A stretch of DNA of 64,000 bases from Chrysomallon squamiferum (taxonomy: Eukaryota > Animalia > Mollusca). The stretch covers positions 18,104,001 through 18,168,000 of the forward strand of contig CM022677.1 in assembly GCA_012295275.1 (NCBI GenBank), read 5' to 3'. The notes under the pieces are model-generated. The model saw nothing but the letters and a program-made list of their open reading frames with translations. It did not search any database and had not been told where the DNA came from. This document shows, piece after piece, positions 1 through 12,579 of this stretch. The position numbers were made by a program, and so were the translations under genes. Within the stretch, counting starts at the first letter, position 1. Each line of letters begins with the position of its first letter.

Positions 1-1242
1 CATAACACAATTTACAGTTAAAATAAGTTAAAAACAGCACTATAAGTTCACATAACACAATTTACAGTTAAAATAAGTTAATAGTCTAGAGAACAGCACT
101 AGTTCACTATAAGTTCACATAACACAATTTAACAGTTAAAATAAGTTAATAGTCTAAAAAAGTTAATAGTCTAAGAACAGTACTATAAGTTCACATAACA
201 CAATTTACAGTTAAAATAAGTTAATAGTCTAGAGAACAGCACTATAAGTTCACATAACACAATTTACAGTTAAATACAGTTAAAATAAGTTAATAGTCTA
301 GATAACAGCACTATAAGTTCACATAACACAATTTACAGTTAAAATAAGTTAATAGTCTAGAGAACAGCACTATAAGTTCACATAACACAATTTACAGTTA
401 AAATAAGTTAATAGTCTAGAGAACAGCACTATAAGTTCAGCACTATAAGTTCATATACACAATTTACAGTTAAAATAAGTTAATAGTCTAGAGAACAGCA
501 CTATAAGTTCACATAACACAATTTACAGTTAAAATAAGTTAATAGTCTAGAGAACAGCACTATAAGTTCACATAACACAATTTACAGTTAAAATAAGTTA
601 ATAGTCTAGATAACAGCACTATAAGTTCACATAACACAATTTACAGTTAAAATAAGTTAATAGTCTAGAGAACAGCACTATAAGTTCACATAACACAATT
701 TACAGTTAAAATAAGTTAATAGTCTAGATAACAGCACTATAAGTTCACATAACACAATTTACAGTTAAAATAAGTTAATAGTCTAGAGAACAGCACTATA
801 AGTTCACATAACACAATTTACAGTTAAAATAAGTTAATAGTCTAGAACAGCACTATAAAATAACACAATTAAGTTAAAATAAGTTAATAGTCTAGAGAAC
901 AGCACTATAAGTTCACATAACACAATTTACAGTTAAAATAAGTTAATAGTCTAGAGAACAGCACTATAAGTTCACATAACACAATTTACAGTTAAAATAA
1001 GTTAATAGTCTAGATAACAGCACTATAAGTTCATATAACACAATTTACAGTTAAAATAAGTTAATAGTCTAGATAACAGCACTATAAGTTCACATAACAC
1101 AATTTACAGTTAAAATAAGTTAATAGTCTACAGAACAGCACTATAAGTTCACATAACACAATTTACAGTTAAAATAAGTTAATAGTCTAGAGAACAGCAC
1201 TATAAGTTCACATAACACAATTTACAGTTAAAGTAAGTTAAC
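1..1242. repeat. Tandem satellite, 59-bp unit, about 21 copies, runs off the left edge
   Basis: Unit CATAACACAATTTACAGTTAAAATAAGTTAATAGTCTAGAGAACAGCACTATAAGTTCA starts at 512, 571, 630 etc. No unique spacers; some units have small indels. Confidence 0.97.
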
Positions 1243-1244
1243 AC

Positions 1245-2260
1245 AGTCTGGAGGATATGTTAGACGGGAACCTAGCGTCGTCATTGACCCAGTTCACGAC
1301 GACGTAGTCGTGGAAGTCTCTGACGCGAGGAACGGCTGGAGCAGCTTCCACGACCTCGACTATGACCAGGTATTCCGCACATACGCCAGGGGAAGGAGAG
1401 GCAATGCTGCGACACGTCAGATCTTCCTTAGAGACGACTGCAAGGTCAAGGTCGACGGTTTTTCCTCCACACGACTTGAGTGAAACAAGAAATGAAAAAA
1501 AAAAAAAAAAAAAAAAAAAATCCTTTAATCTCGGCTCCGGGAAACGCTAGATCCAAGACACGGATCAGAACCATTTGAGAGTCGACCTGAACTTTTTAGT
1601 CTGTTGAAACAGCGTTGAAAGTGGGTCTTCAAGTGGCCGAACAGTCCCTGGTAGTTCGTACCTCCGACGGTCAGGAAGAAAGGCATACACTAAAGGGAGG
1701 TTACGTTTCAGGATCCTTTTTCTCGCATCAATGACGTAGAGTTGGTCCCACACTTCGGGACACGCGCTGAAGGTAGCCGTCCACGTAGATGGTATCGGCG
1801 TCCTCGAGTGCTCGGAGCTGGGCGTCAGTTGCAAACATTGCTGAGCACATTATTGTCGTCGTCGCTGTCGTTGCGAAGAAGAAAGCTATCTCCGTCAAGT
1901 GTTTTCTGTGCACTCGTCTACCAGGTTAACTTCGGCTGTTGAAGTTGGGGTGCTGTCAGGTTCCGATGTCTGTACAAGGCTCTGTCGAATGTACAGAACG
2001 AAGGCAAGACTCCAACTACTGCGGGGTCCTGTCTCAGGATTTATTCGGTGTAGATGGGCAGGCAGTGATGCTAGAGGCGTCTGGAGGAGGGTGGGTGTGG
2101 TCAGTGAAGTCAATATAATATAATCCCCTACCATGGTACGTCTTTTGGTACATCTCCAATACAAACCATTCGGGCGAACCTTATTTTTATTGAAGGGATT
2201 TTCGCGAAACAGAACATGGCGCGTTACTGTCTGGGTAGTGATATACTCAACTTGCTGCAG
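1245..2260 (-). mobile_element. Degenerate FLYWCH-MULE (Mutator-like) transposase relic
   Basis: Minus-strand fragments in shifting frames: GLYWRCTKR (FLYWCH-like); FATDAQLRALEDADTIYVDG, TFSACPEVWDQLYVI and LPLVYAFLP (MULE core); DFHDYVVVNWVNDDARFP near 1260-1320. GC-richer than the flanks and multiply frameshifted. Confidence 0.8.
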
Positions 2261-2323
2261 TCCAGCTATAGTGATAGTACTGACACTTTGCCATACAATG
2301 ATATATATATATATAAACACATG

Positions 2324-2360
<37 letters not shown>

Positions 2361-2530
2361 AAGACTGATTCCCAAGACAGAAATCACATAAGTAGTCAAT
2401 CTACTCAATTTATTTAGTACAAGAGGGTGGTCTTTCTCCTATAAATATATTGTCAGTGAAACAATACATTTATTTAAAACTGAAACATTAAATACACAGC
2501 TGACTAATACATCCTCACTTGTGTGCATGT

Positions 2531-2631
<101 letters not shown>

Positions 2632-3131
2632 GAATATATATTTCGTAATGTTTGAAATACTATCCTTAAAACTTCCTTGTCGCAATATATTTTCATAACT
2701 TAATAATATACAGCTAGCGTTGCTATCAAAATATATTTTCATAACATTACAATAAAGGTTGTCCCCGAAATTTTTCTCTGAGCTAGCGTTCAAATAAAGT
2801 ACTAACACAAAAGTCAATTTTTCACATCGCTAGAATTAGATATCATTTTTTTCTCAACTCAGGCCGAATAAATTTTGTTTGCAAGAAAGGTGAAGTCAAG
2901 GGAATTACTAATGATTAAGAAGAGAGTAAAACTAAAAGCAGAATAAGATTTCTTGTTTGTTGTCACGACAGAAATTACTATGACTACTTCGAGTAAGCCT
3001 ACTACTACAGTTAGTACTATATCTCCTATTGCTGCTGCTACTACTCATACTACTGAAACTGCTACTAAACAAAATTCTACTACTAAGCTATTACTAATTC
3101 TACTATTACTATTACTAATGCTAGTTCTACT

Positions 3132-3165
<34 letters not shown>

Positions 3166-3529
3166 GCTGCTACTACTATTACTACACTAATTATTATTGA
3201 CTCACAAAATACACGGAAATATATCTATTTAGATCTCAACCCCATACGAATGTGGAAGCTTCACAGGAACACGCAAACTGATATATAATGACGACGATGA
3301 TGATGATGATGATGATGATAATAATAATAATAATAATAACAACAATAAAATTAACCAGTAAAAATAACAGTCCAAGCATACGAGTAGCCTTTTTAATAAA
3401 GATCATTGATTCAAGAAACGAAATAATTATCGTTAGATAGATAGATAGATAGATAGCTATATAGATACATATGGATAAATAGATATAGATAATAAAGAAT
3501 GAAATACAAATATTAGGAAGATAGATATA

Positions 3530-3790
<261 letters not shown>

Positions 3791-4774
3791 TATGAATCGA
3801 GACTATTTGTTGTTTTATAAGTAGGTAAATATAAAAGATGATTTTCTGTTAACTGTGTAGGATCGAGTGAAGAAAGCGGATTTTTCTATTTTGATATAAA
3901 CATCTATAATAAAACATTAAAATAAAAACGTATCAAGTTTTAACGTTTCTACACAGTTGCATCTTATATGAATATTATTGTTACTACTACTACTACTACT
4001 ACTACTACTTATTATTATTATTATTAATGTGATTTATTTATTTATTTACTTATATATTTACTGAATTATCTATTTATTTACCTATTTGTTTCATTTAATT
4101 ATCTAACTTTCAGAACACGCGTTTTGTATTGGAGTTTACGTAATTTAAATTGACCGATAAATAATTTACGGCCAAATAATTTTTGCAACAAACACACTCT
4201 GATAAGAGCTTATGTTGGTGTGTGTGTGTGTATGTGTGTGTGTGTGTGTGTGTTGCGCGTGTGTATGTGTGTGTGTATATATATATATGCAAAGGTCAGA
4301 ACATATTTGTCATTAGATAATAACGATTATTTGGCACCGTAATCTGCTAATTTCATATTGATATTCACGGCTCATCTTATCTCGCCTCGAGTTAACACAC
4401 AGCCTGAAATACAATGATAATAATAATAATAGTTATAATTATTAGCCAATAAAATAATAATCCAAACAAACCAACTCTCTTTTTAATACCCCCCCAAAAA
4501 AAATTAATAATAATAATAAAAATAAAAAATAAAGAAAATCGTTGATTCAAGAAACGAAATAATTTTCAGAGGATATTAATATATTACCAACTCACGAACA
4601 ATTTGATTTTTTCAAAACTTGATGAAGGAAAACGTCACATCAAACAGTCAACAGAATTTTCATTAGATAAAAAATTTCTTTTCACCTGACTGTAAGGAAG
4701 GATTAATCGTAATTACGCAGAAAATGATTTTTTTAGTTAAATATTTTAATCAGCGGAAGGTGCACGTAATACAG

Positions 4775-4890
4775 TGATGAAATTTGATTGACAGCTTCGT
4801 TTGGTGAAGCAATCTTTATAAAAGAAGGTAGAAAGATGATCGGCATTTGAGAAGAAATTTCTGGAGGAATTTCACAACATATTGGTAAGT
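4775..4890 (+). promoter_or_regulatory. Putative core promoter and non-coding first exon of GPCR copy 1
   Basis: TGATGAAAT 4775, TGATTGACAG 4785-4794, TATAAAAG 4817-4824, donor G|GTAAGT at 4885. The same spacing recurs upstream of every paralogue. Confidence 0.7.
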
Positions 4891-5044
4891 GTATACATGT
4901 ATTAATTAATGATTTCAGTATCTATTAGTAATAATAATAGCAATAGTAGGAAAGTAGTAATAGTAGTAGTTGTAGTAATAATAATAGTAGCAATAGCATC
5001 AGAGTAGTATTGTAGTAACACTGACAGTAGCTATACTAATAACA

Positions 5045-5078
<34 letters not shown>

Positions 5079-5831
5079 GAAGAAGAATGTTAATACTAAT
5101 ATTATTAATAGTAGTATAGTAGTAGTATTAATAACAGTAAACATTATTATTATTATTACTACAGCGTTATATTTATGTCGCTTGTTTTCTTGAGTTTGAT
5201 ACTCTCTCTCTTTCTCTCTCTCAATATAGATAGACAGATAGATTAGATTAGATAGATACATAGATAGATAGTCAGATAGATAGACAGATAATAACAATAT
5301 TGAAACGTCAACATTTACGATCTAATAAATATCTAGATCCGTAAACATAAGAAAATTTTCTGTTTTTAAAATACCTAGTTTTAAATTTCGCAGCTGCTTT
5401 GTTTCGGTTTTCGTGGCGTAGCTTTTGATCGACGCCTTTTGCCGTTTTGAGTAGCTGATCCTCTCACAGTTACTTTGATTATTTGTGAGAATTAATCACA
5501 AATTTTCATTTATAACCATGTCCAAAAGGCCAGCAGAAACGCAGCTTGCTGTTGTCAAAAGCAACAAAAAAAAAGAAAAGAAACATTCACCGTTCAGTAG
5601 AACGAGGAAAAACAGTGTCACTTACGTGTCGATAAAGAATGTTTCAGTGTGGCATTTAGCGTTGAATGGTTTTATAATCAATACACGGAAAGAACAGAGA
5701 CTGAGATTCTGCTCTGTCAGCGACGTGCGTAAGTTAAAGCAGAACCGAAAAACTTTGCATGAGTTGCCGACAGTTGACGTGGACAGAGTGTTGACACGGA
5801 TTGCGTTAAATATAAGTCCGTTATTTTAATA

Positions 5832-5917
<86 letters not shown>

Positions 5918-6411
5918 AAACCACTATTTATTTTTGTTTCTCTGTCTGTCTTTCTCTCTATATACATTTGTGTACACGTTTTATATACACACATACACAC
6001 ACACGCACATAAATACAAACACAGACACACACATACATACTCAAATAAGCACACCGACAGACTGTTTCACTATATGTGTTGGTATCGCTGTCTTGAAGAA
6101 AGTGTTGATCTAATAAAATAAAATGTACGAGATGGAAATATCAAGCTCACTGTAACAGACAGATGTTTATCAGAGAAAGGTGCCTGTAAAAATCTCTGAC
6201 GATAAATGACTGATCAGTTTTTATAAATTAATTAAAGTCTGACTTAAACTGCGTGTACCAAAAGTTAGATCATTAAAGGAAAATGTTTTAAAAAGTTAAT
6301 CAAAGAAATGAATCAGTAAGTATATAACTAACTAAGTAACTAACTAACTAACTAAATCAATCAATAAATAAATAAATAAGTAATACAAAAAAAAAAATAA
6401 TAATAATAACA

Positions 6412-6463
<52 letters not shown>

Positions 6464-6580
6464 TAATAATAATAATATCAAATTGATGATAATGATAACC
6501 TCGCTTTCACTTTCTCTCACTACGAATTTTCTTATTATTTTGGTCGTTGTTGATATAATAATAATAATAATAATTATTAC

Positions 6581-6630
<50 letters not shown>

Positions 6631-6639
6631 TTATTTCAG
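4885..6639 (+). other. Predicted 5'UTR intron of copy 1; equivalent introns precede all copies
   Basis: GTAAGT at 4885 and (TAT)n-TTCAG acceptor ending at 6639, 17 nt before the ATG. Donor and acceptor are conserved in the paralogues. Confidence 0.7.
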
Positions 6640-6656
6640 ACGTCATTTTGAAGAAT

Positions 6657-7784
6657 ATGAATACGACCTCAGTCATGACGGAGTCAACATCAACGTACAT
6701 CGGCAGTACAGGCGGATTCGAACTGATTAACCAATCAAACGCAAGCACTGTATCACCTTCGACAAATTCACTGTATTTCAATTTCCGTGGAACTGGCTAT
6801 TTTAGCCTCGTAGTAATTGTAGATATACTGGGAGCCATCGGAAACGCATTGCAGTTTATTCTGATGAACGACGCAAAGTTATCTCCCTTCTCCTACTCAA
6901 TTTACATGAAATTTCTGAGTTTCTCTGACACCTGGTTGCTAGGCATTCAACTTTTCAGAGAATCTGAATTCCAGTTTCATATTGCAAGGACTGTTGACGT
7001 CAGCAATTTCTGGTGCAAAATCCTGAATGTACTGCTTCTGTTTCCCATGTTCCTCTCGCCTTGGCTGATCGTAGGACTTACGCTAGACAGATACATCTGT
7101 GTCAGTTTCCCACTATCACGTGACTGGTTTTGCTCGAGAACAAAAGCGTTGGTCGTCTGCTGGGCTATGGTTCTCGTTATTTTCGTTCTGCACATCCCTG
7201 TTCTTGTCATGGTTGAAATAAACGACGGTGTATGCTATCCATCGAAAGAAATTGGTTTTCTCATCATTGCCTATCGAGTAGTTCTCTCGTCCACACTTCC
7301 CTGCGTCTGTATCTTCGTACTGAACGTCATGATCATCGCGCACGTGCAACGGAGCAACCAATTCAGGAACACCTTCATGAGACGTGGCAAAGAATCCACC
7401 AATCAGAAGCAAGATAACGCCACAAGACCTCTCGTTCTCATTTCAGTTCTTGCTCTCCTAACTATTTTGCCTGCTACTGTCAATGACTCTATTTATATAG
7501 TTCTGAAGCTTACCAGATCAGATATGTTAACGTTTTCGTTATCTGGCAGTCTTTGGCCGCTCTTCAATATGATCTATTTGTTAAACTTTGCTCAGAATTT
7601 TTACATTCTGATGGGAAGTGCCAGGAACTACAGAGAAATCATGTTAAAGAAATTTAGATGTTTGAAGACGCCAGTGGATAGAAGGACACACAGAAATAAG
7701 ATGTCGAGTGAAAATTCAAGTTCTGCCAGTTGCCATTTGCCGTCTGTTTCTGATATCGTTGCCATGTCTGACGTTGGAACGTAA
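6657..7784 (+). CDS. Class A 7TM GPCR, copy 1, intact, 375 aa; peptide-receptor-like / candidate chemoreceptor type
   Basis: Starts MNTTS with N-glycosylation sequons. TM1 GN, TM2 FLSFSD, TM3 C...LTLDRY, TM4 W, TM5 LPC, TM6 LTILP, TM7 LNFAQNFYIL. No introns in the CDS. Confidence 0.93.
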   Translation: MNTTSVMTESTSTYIGSTGGFELINQSNASTVSPSTNSLYFNFRGTGYFSLVVIVDILGAIGNALQFILMNDAKLSPFSYSIYMKFLSFSDTWLLGIQLFRESEFQFHIARTVDVSNFWCKILNVLLLFPMFLSPWLIVGLTLDRYICVSFPLSRDWFCSRTKALVVCWAMVLVIFVLHIPVLVMVEINDGVCYPSKEIGFLIIAYRVVLSSTLPCVCIFVLNVMIIAHVQRSNQFRNTFMRRGKESTNQKQDNATRPLVLISVLALLTILPATVNDSIYIVLKLTRSDMLTFSLSGSLWPLFNMIYLLNFAQNFYILMGSARNYREIMLKKFRCLKTPVDRRTHRNKMSSENSSSASCHLPSVSDIVAMSDVGT

Positions 7785-7976
7785 ACGTAAATGTGTGTGT
7801 GTGTGTGTATCTGTGTATACATTCATAAATACAAACCTGTATACATAGGGATACATGCATACAAAAAAGCAACAAAAAACCCACACATACATATATATAG
7901 ACATATATACATATAGATATATATGTGTACACACACACACACACACACACTCACACACACACACACACACACACAC

Positions 7977-8075
7977 ACAGTGACAACTGTATTTAGCGGC
8001 CACGAACGATATACGGACACTTTACCAATTGTTTCTGAGCAGATATGTTCCTTCGTTCAGCGGACACCTGATTAT
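7977..8075 (+). mobile_element. Possible Tc1/pogo-type MITE end in the 3' flank, shared by several copies
   Basis: CAGTG..CTGT.TTTAGCGGCCACG.ACGATATACGGACACTTTACC...CAGCGGACACCTG recurs at ~27455-27556(-), ~48314-48420, ~52840-52945(-) and ~63497-63600. The CAGTGGAACC start resembles pogo-type termini; no matching right end was found. Confidence 0.35.
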
Positions 8076-8462
8076 TATTTCAGTGCTAAAGTAGACAGTG
8101 ATACAGGTTTTGAATTCATGTTCTCGACTTGGTTTCGTTTTCGCCTATTTCCTGCACTAAACAGTGCATGCAGAGAATGTATTTATTTATATACTTATTT
8201 ATTAATGAATGATTTTCAATATCATTTACACTTGTTATATTTAAAGACGCTCAAAATACAAGGAACTGTATCTATCTATCTCCTTTCCCAAACTCTTTGC
8301 AAACTTATGAACAAGATCGGTTTTTTTTTTTTCGTTTTTGTTGTGTGTTTTTTTTTTTGTTTTTTTGTGTTTTTTTAAATACACACACATCATGCCGAAA
8401 ACAAAAGAGATGGACTCGAGTAGAACAAATATTTTCTTCTGTAAAGATTTCTACTGGACGTG

Positions 8463-8511
<49 letters not shown>

Positions 8512-8903
8512 AGACAGACAGACACACAGATAGATGGAGAGCTAGAAACACAGATTATAGATATAGGTTATAGATGGTTGGGGGAGGTTTGTGGTGTTTG
8601 TTTGTTTGTTTTTTTGTTTTTTATTGCTTTGTTTTTGTTTTTTTTATTCACATTTTTAATTATTACTAATAATTGGTACGCTGATTTTTAGAGCAATGTT
8701 TTTTCACTATCCTCTCAGTGACAATATAAATGATGACATTTCTTTCATTGCTGGAACCATCTTTAAGTATTACAATTTATTAAGGAAAAAAGATACCGTA
8801 ATTATTTCTCTTCTATGATATAATAAAAGGAGAAATATTATGCGCAGTTTTAATTATTATTATTATTTATTTATTTATTATTATTGTTATTATTATTATT
8901 ATT

Positions 8904-8936
<33 letters not shown>

Positions 8937-9843
8937 ATTATTGTTGTTGTTATTATTTATTTATTATCTTTTTTATCATTAAAAGTGTTTTGATTTGTTT
9001 GTTTGTGTGTGTTTGTTTCTGGGGGTGGGGTTACGTATTAATTTATCTGTCCAATATTCCGCATTAATTTAATATCATTTCTTTCTTTCAGTATTTAAAA
9101 ATGGATGCTAATCCGTTGATAAAATATCATTTAAACCGATTTTTCATAATAAAGGGAGACAACTGATGTTGTTGTTTGTTTTCTTTATCTGAGAAATACA
9201 AATCCAATTTTTCTTTCAAGATTTATTTGCGTTATTATTTTGAACATCTTATACTATTGTTTTGAAAGTTTTATATTGTTATGTTTAATATTTTATTTTG
9301 TAATTTTGCCCATTTAATATTGTTATTTTGAACATGTTATATTGTCATTTAAACATGATGTTACGTTTTTATTTCAATGATTTATTACATTATAATTTAA
9401 GTGTTTTATTTCAAAATCTCATTCCGTAATGTTATATTATTTCAATGTTTCACTGAGATCTCATTTCAACTTTTTATTACGTCGTTAACTGAACATACTA
9501 TTATGACGTCATTTCAAAATGATATCACGTCATTATTTCAAAGACTACAGACTGTAATTGTATGTCTGTTTTAACATTCGTTTTAGTGAAATGTATATCG
9601 TTTCTTCTGTCGTTGAAACGTTAGATTGTTATTGACGCCGTCGTCATCATCATCATTATCATTATCATCATCATTACCTTTATTATTATTATTATTGTTG
9701 TTGTTGTCGTTGTTATTACAGCTGTTCTTCTTTTTATTAATATCATTATTATTATTTTTGTCATCATCATTATTATCTTTATTACATTATTATCAATATT
9801 ATTATTATTATTATCATAATCATTATCTTTATTACTATAATCG

Positions 9844-9887
<44 letters not shown>

Positions 9888-10110
9888 TATAATGTGATTA
9901 AAAGATCTATGTTATTATTTTGTTATAAGCTATATTTTGTGAAATCAGTAAATGAGGTATTACTTGAAACAATAAGATGAAACCAATGATGTAATTTTGC
10001 TTTCTATGTAAATAAAGAATTTAATTACGAACCCCGTTTATTTGTTCATTCACCCATCCATATGTATTTCAATCATGTGTGCGTGTGTATGTATGTGAGT
10101 GTGTATCTTT

Positions 10111-10212
10111 GTAGTTTTAGGATTTGAATAATCACGATCTCACAAACCTGTCAGATGCCGCTGACGAGACTCGAACGTATGACACCCATTCGCCCGTACA
10201 CCGAAGGCGGAC
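10111..10212 (-). mobile_element. Truncated tRNA-derived SINE copy
   Basis: Matches the SINE at 50437-50651, including the B-box GTTCGAGTC on the minus strand. Another 3' piece lies at ~10832-10906. Confidence 0.6.
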
Positions 10213-10588
10213 CGTAATGTTATATTATTTCAGTATTTTACTGAGATCTCATTTCGATTCTTTATTATGTCATTAACTGAACATACTATTATGACGTCAT
10301 TTCAAAATCCTATGACGTCATAATTTAAAAAAATTATGACATTGTTATTTCAACAAACTCTAATTGTATATCTGTTTTAACATTCGTTTTAGCATTGCAG
10401 TTGAAACGTCAGATTATTATTGACGTCATCATCATCATCATCATCATTATTATTATTGTTGTTTTTGTTGTTATTATTGTTGTTCTTGTTGTTCATCATT
10501 ATTATCATCATTATTATTATTATTATCATCATTATTATTATTATTATTATTATTTTGTATTATATTATTATTATTATCATCGTCATTA

Positions 10589-10633
<45 letters not shown>

Positions 10634-11930
10634 ATAATACGATTAAAAATATGTGTTATTACTTTGTTATAATGAATATTTTGAGAAATCAGTAAATGTT
10701 GAATTACTTGAAACAATAAAACAGCAATTTTGCTTTCTATGTAAATAAAGAATTTAATTACTAATCCCGTTTATTTGTCCATTCAGGCATTGATACGTCG
10801 CTCTATATTTCTATCATGTGTATGTGTGTATGTAGTTTTAGGATTTTGAATATTCTCTGTCTTATGTACACGTCTGAATAAACTCTGCACACAGACTATA
10901 TTCGGGATGTGTTTGTGTGTGTATGTATGTGTTTGTGTATGTATGTATGTGTTTTTGTGTGTCTGTATGTGTTTGTTTGTGTATGTAAGTGTTTGTGTGT
11001 GTATGTATGTGTTTGTGTGTGTATGTATGTGTTTGTGTGTGTATGTATGTGTTTGTGTGTGTATGTCTGTATGAGTGAATATATGCATACGTGCGCTTGA
11101 ACGTATCTATATCAGTATGTGTGTATGTGTCAGTGTATCTTCATGTGGTGCGTGACTATGTTTGTGTATGCGTGTTTCTCTAAGGGGGCGTACGTGTAAG
11201 TATGAGTTTATGTGTACTTATGAGTGTTTCTGTGTGTTTATGTGTATCTTCATGTGGTGCGTGACTATGTTTGTGTATGCGTGTTTCTCTAAGGGGTGTG
11301 TGTATGTGTAAGTATGAGTTTATGTGTACTTATGAGTGTTTCTGTGTGTTTATGTGGATGAGATTTTTAATGTCACCTTCACAAAGTTTCTTAGTTTTAA
11401 CTAGATATTCAGTTTAAAACAATAAAAACAAAACAAAACACACTCACCTGATATTACTGACTGGATGTTTGTAATCGCCTTTCTATCATATCAACATACA
11501 GACTATCTGCCGTCAAAAATAAATAATAAATACATTAATAAATAAATTAACAAATAAATAAAACTGCTAATATCTATATTAACTAAATCGCAAAGGCTAA
11601 TATCAGAAGACGACGTATTAATGAACGGATATCTTGAAGTTGCCTGCTAAATCGCAACAGATAAAATAATAGGAGAAAATCGTAGATGTATACTAAGATC
11701 TGTTATCTACATCGTATCACAAGATACATAACTGACTTAACAGCATGCTTACTGTTTATATACATTAAAGATATTTCTTGATTACTACATTTGTAAATGG
11801 CTGCAGCAGAAAATCTCTAGTTTAGGAAGAAACGCGTTTATTTTTCTCCTTTTTAACATGGATTACGAATTTGTGACTTGAATGTTTATATTGCTATTAT
11901 TTATTTATTGTAATTTATTACTATTATTAC

Positions 11931-11998
<68 letters not shown>

Positions 11999-12063
11999 CC
12001 ATCATTTTCATTATTATTATTTTGTTCTTAAGAATGCATTTTTTTTTTTTTTCGAATAACCAG

Positions 12064-12119
<56 letters not shown>

Positions 12120-12124
12120 CTATA

Positions 12125-12161
<37 letters not shown>

Positions 12162-12319
12162 TTATGTTTCCTCCTCACAAAAAAGCACATTAATATTAAG
12201 ACATACAGATTGATCTTTCCTTCTCCGAAAAGGTAAAGTATACGTTATTTTGAAATGAATGACAACTGAATACAACATAACACTTTATTCTGTTCCTATT
12301 TTATATCGATAGATCTATG

Positions 12320-12364
<45 letters not shown>

Positions 12365-12579
12365 AAAGTACCGCTAATACGCAGTGTTTGTAATACACAA
12401 ACATGCGTGGAATGATGTTGAATGTTTGAATATTCGAATTTATGTACCAAATGGTTTAGACTCGCTAAGTTTGGCGAGCAATCGTTTGGCGATTGCAGTT
12501 CTCGAAAGATACAGAACTCTCTGCTTCCAGTGTGTAGTGCACGAAATGTCGTATAAAGCTGCAGGAAAATAACATATCT

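Noticed and set aside
1-1242. CRISPR-like regular repeat
   Set aside because: The units are contiguous with no unique spacers, the context is eukaryotic and there are no cas genes. It is a satellite.
6483-6656. Long hydrophobic N-terminal extensions (poly-Ile, apparent extra TM or signal peptide) on the GPCR ORFs, also at 40838-41071, 46920-47144 and 61436-61498
   Set aside because: These are translations of intronic (ATT)n tracts upstream of a conserved CAG acceptor. Length and frame vary between copies.
6977-7417. Recurrent antisense and alternate-frame ORFs (MTRTGMCRTK..., MLSIER...) in each GPCR
   Set aside because: Shadow frames of the duplicated CDS; their lengths and stops are not independently conserved.
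6657-7784. Assigning a specific gene symbol such as FMRFamide or TRH receptor
   Set aside because: The motifs support class A membership only; orthology cannot be established without a search.
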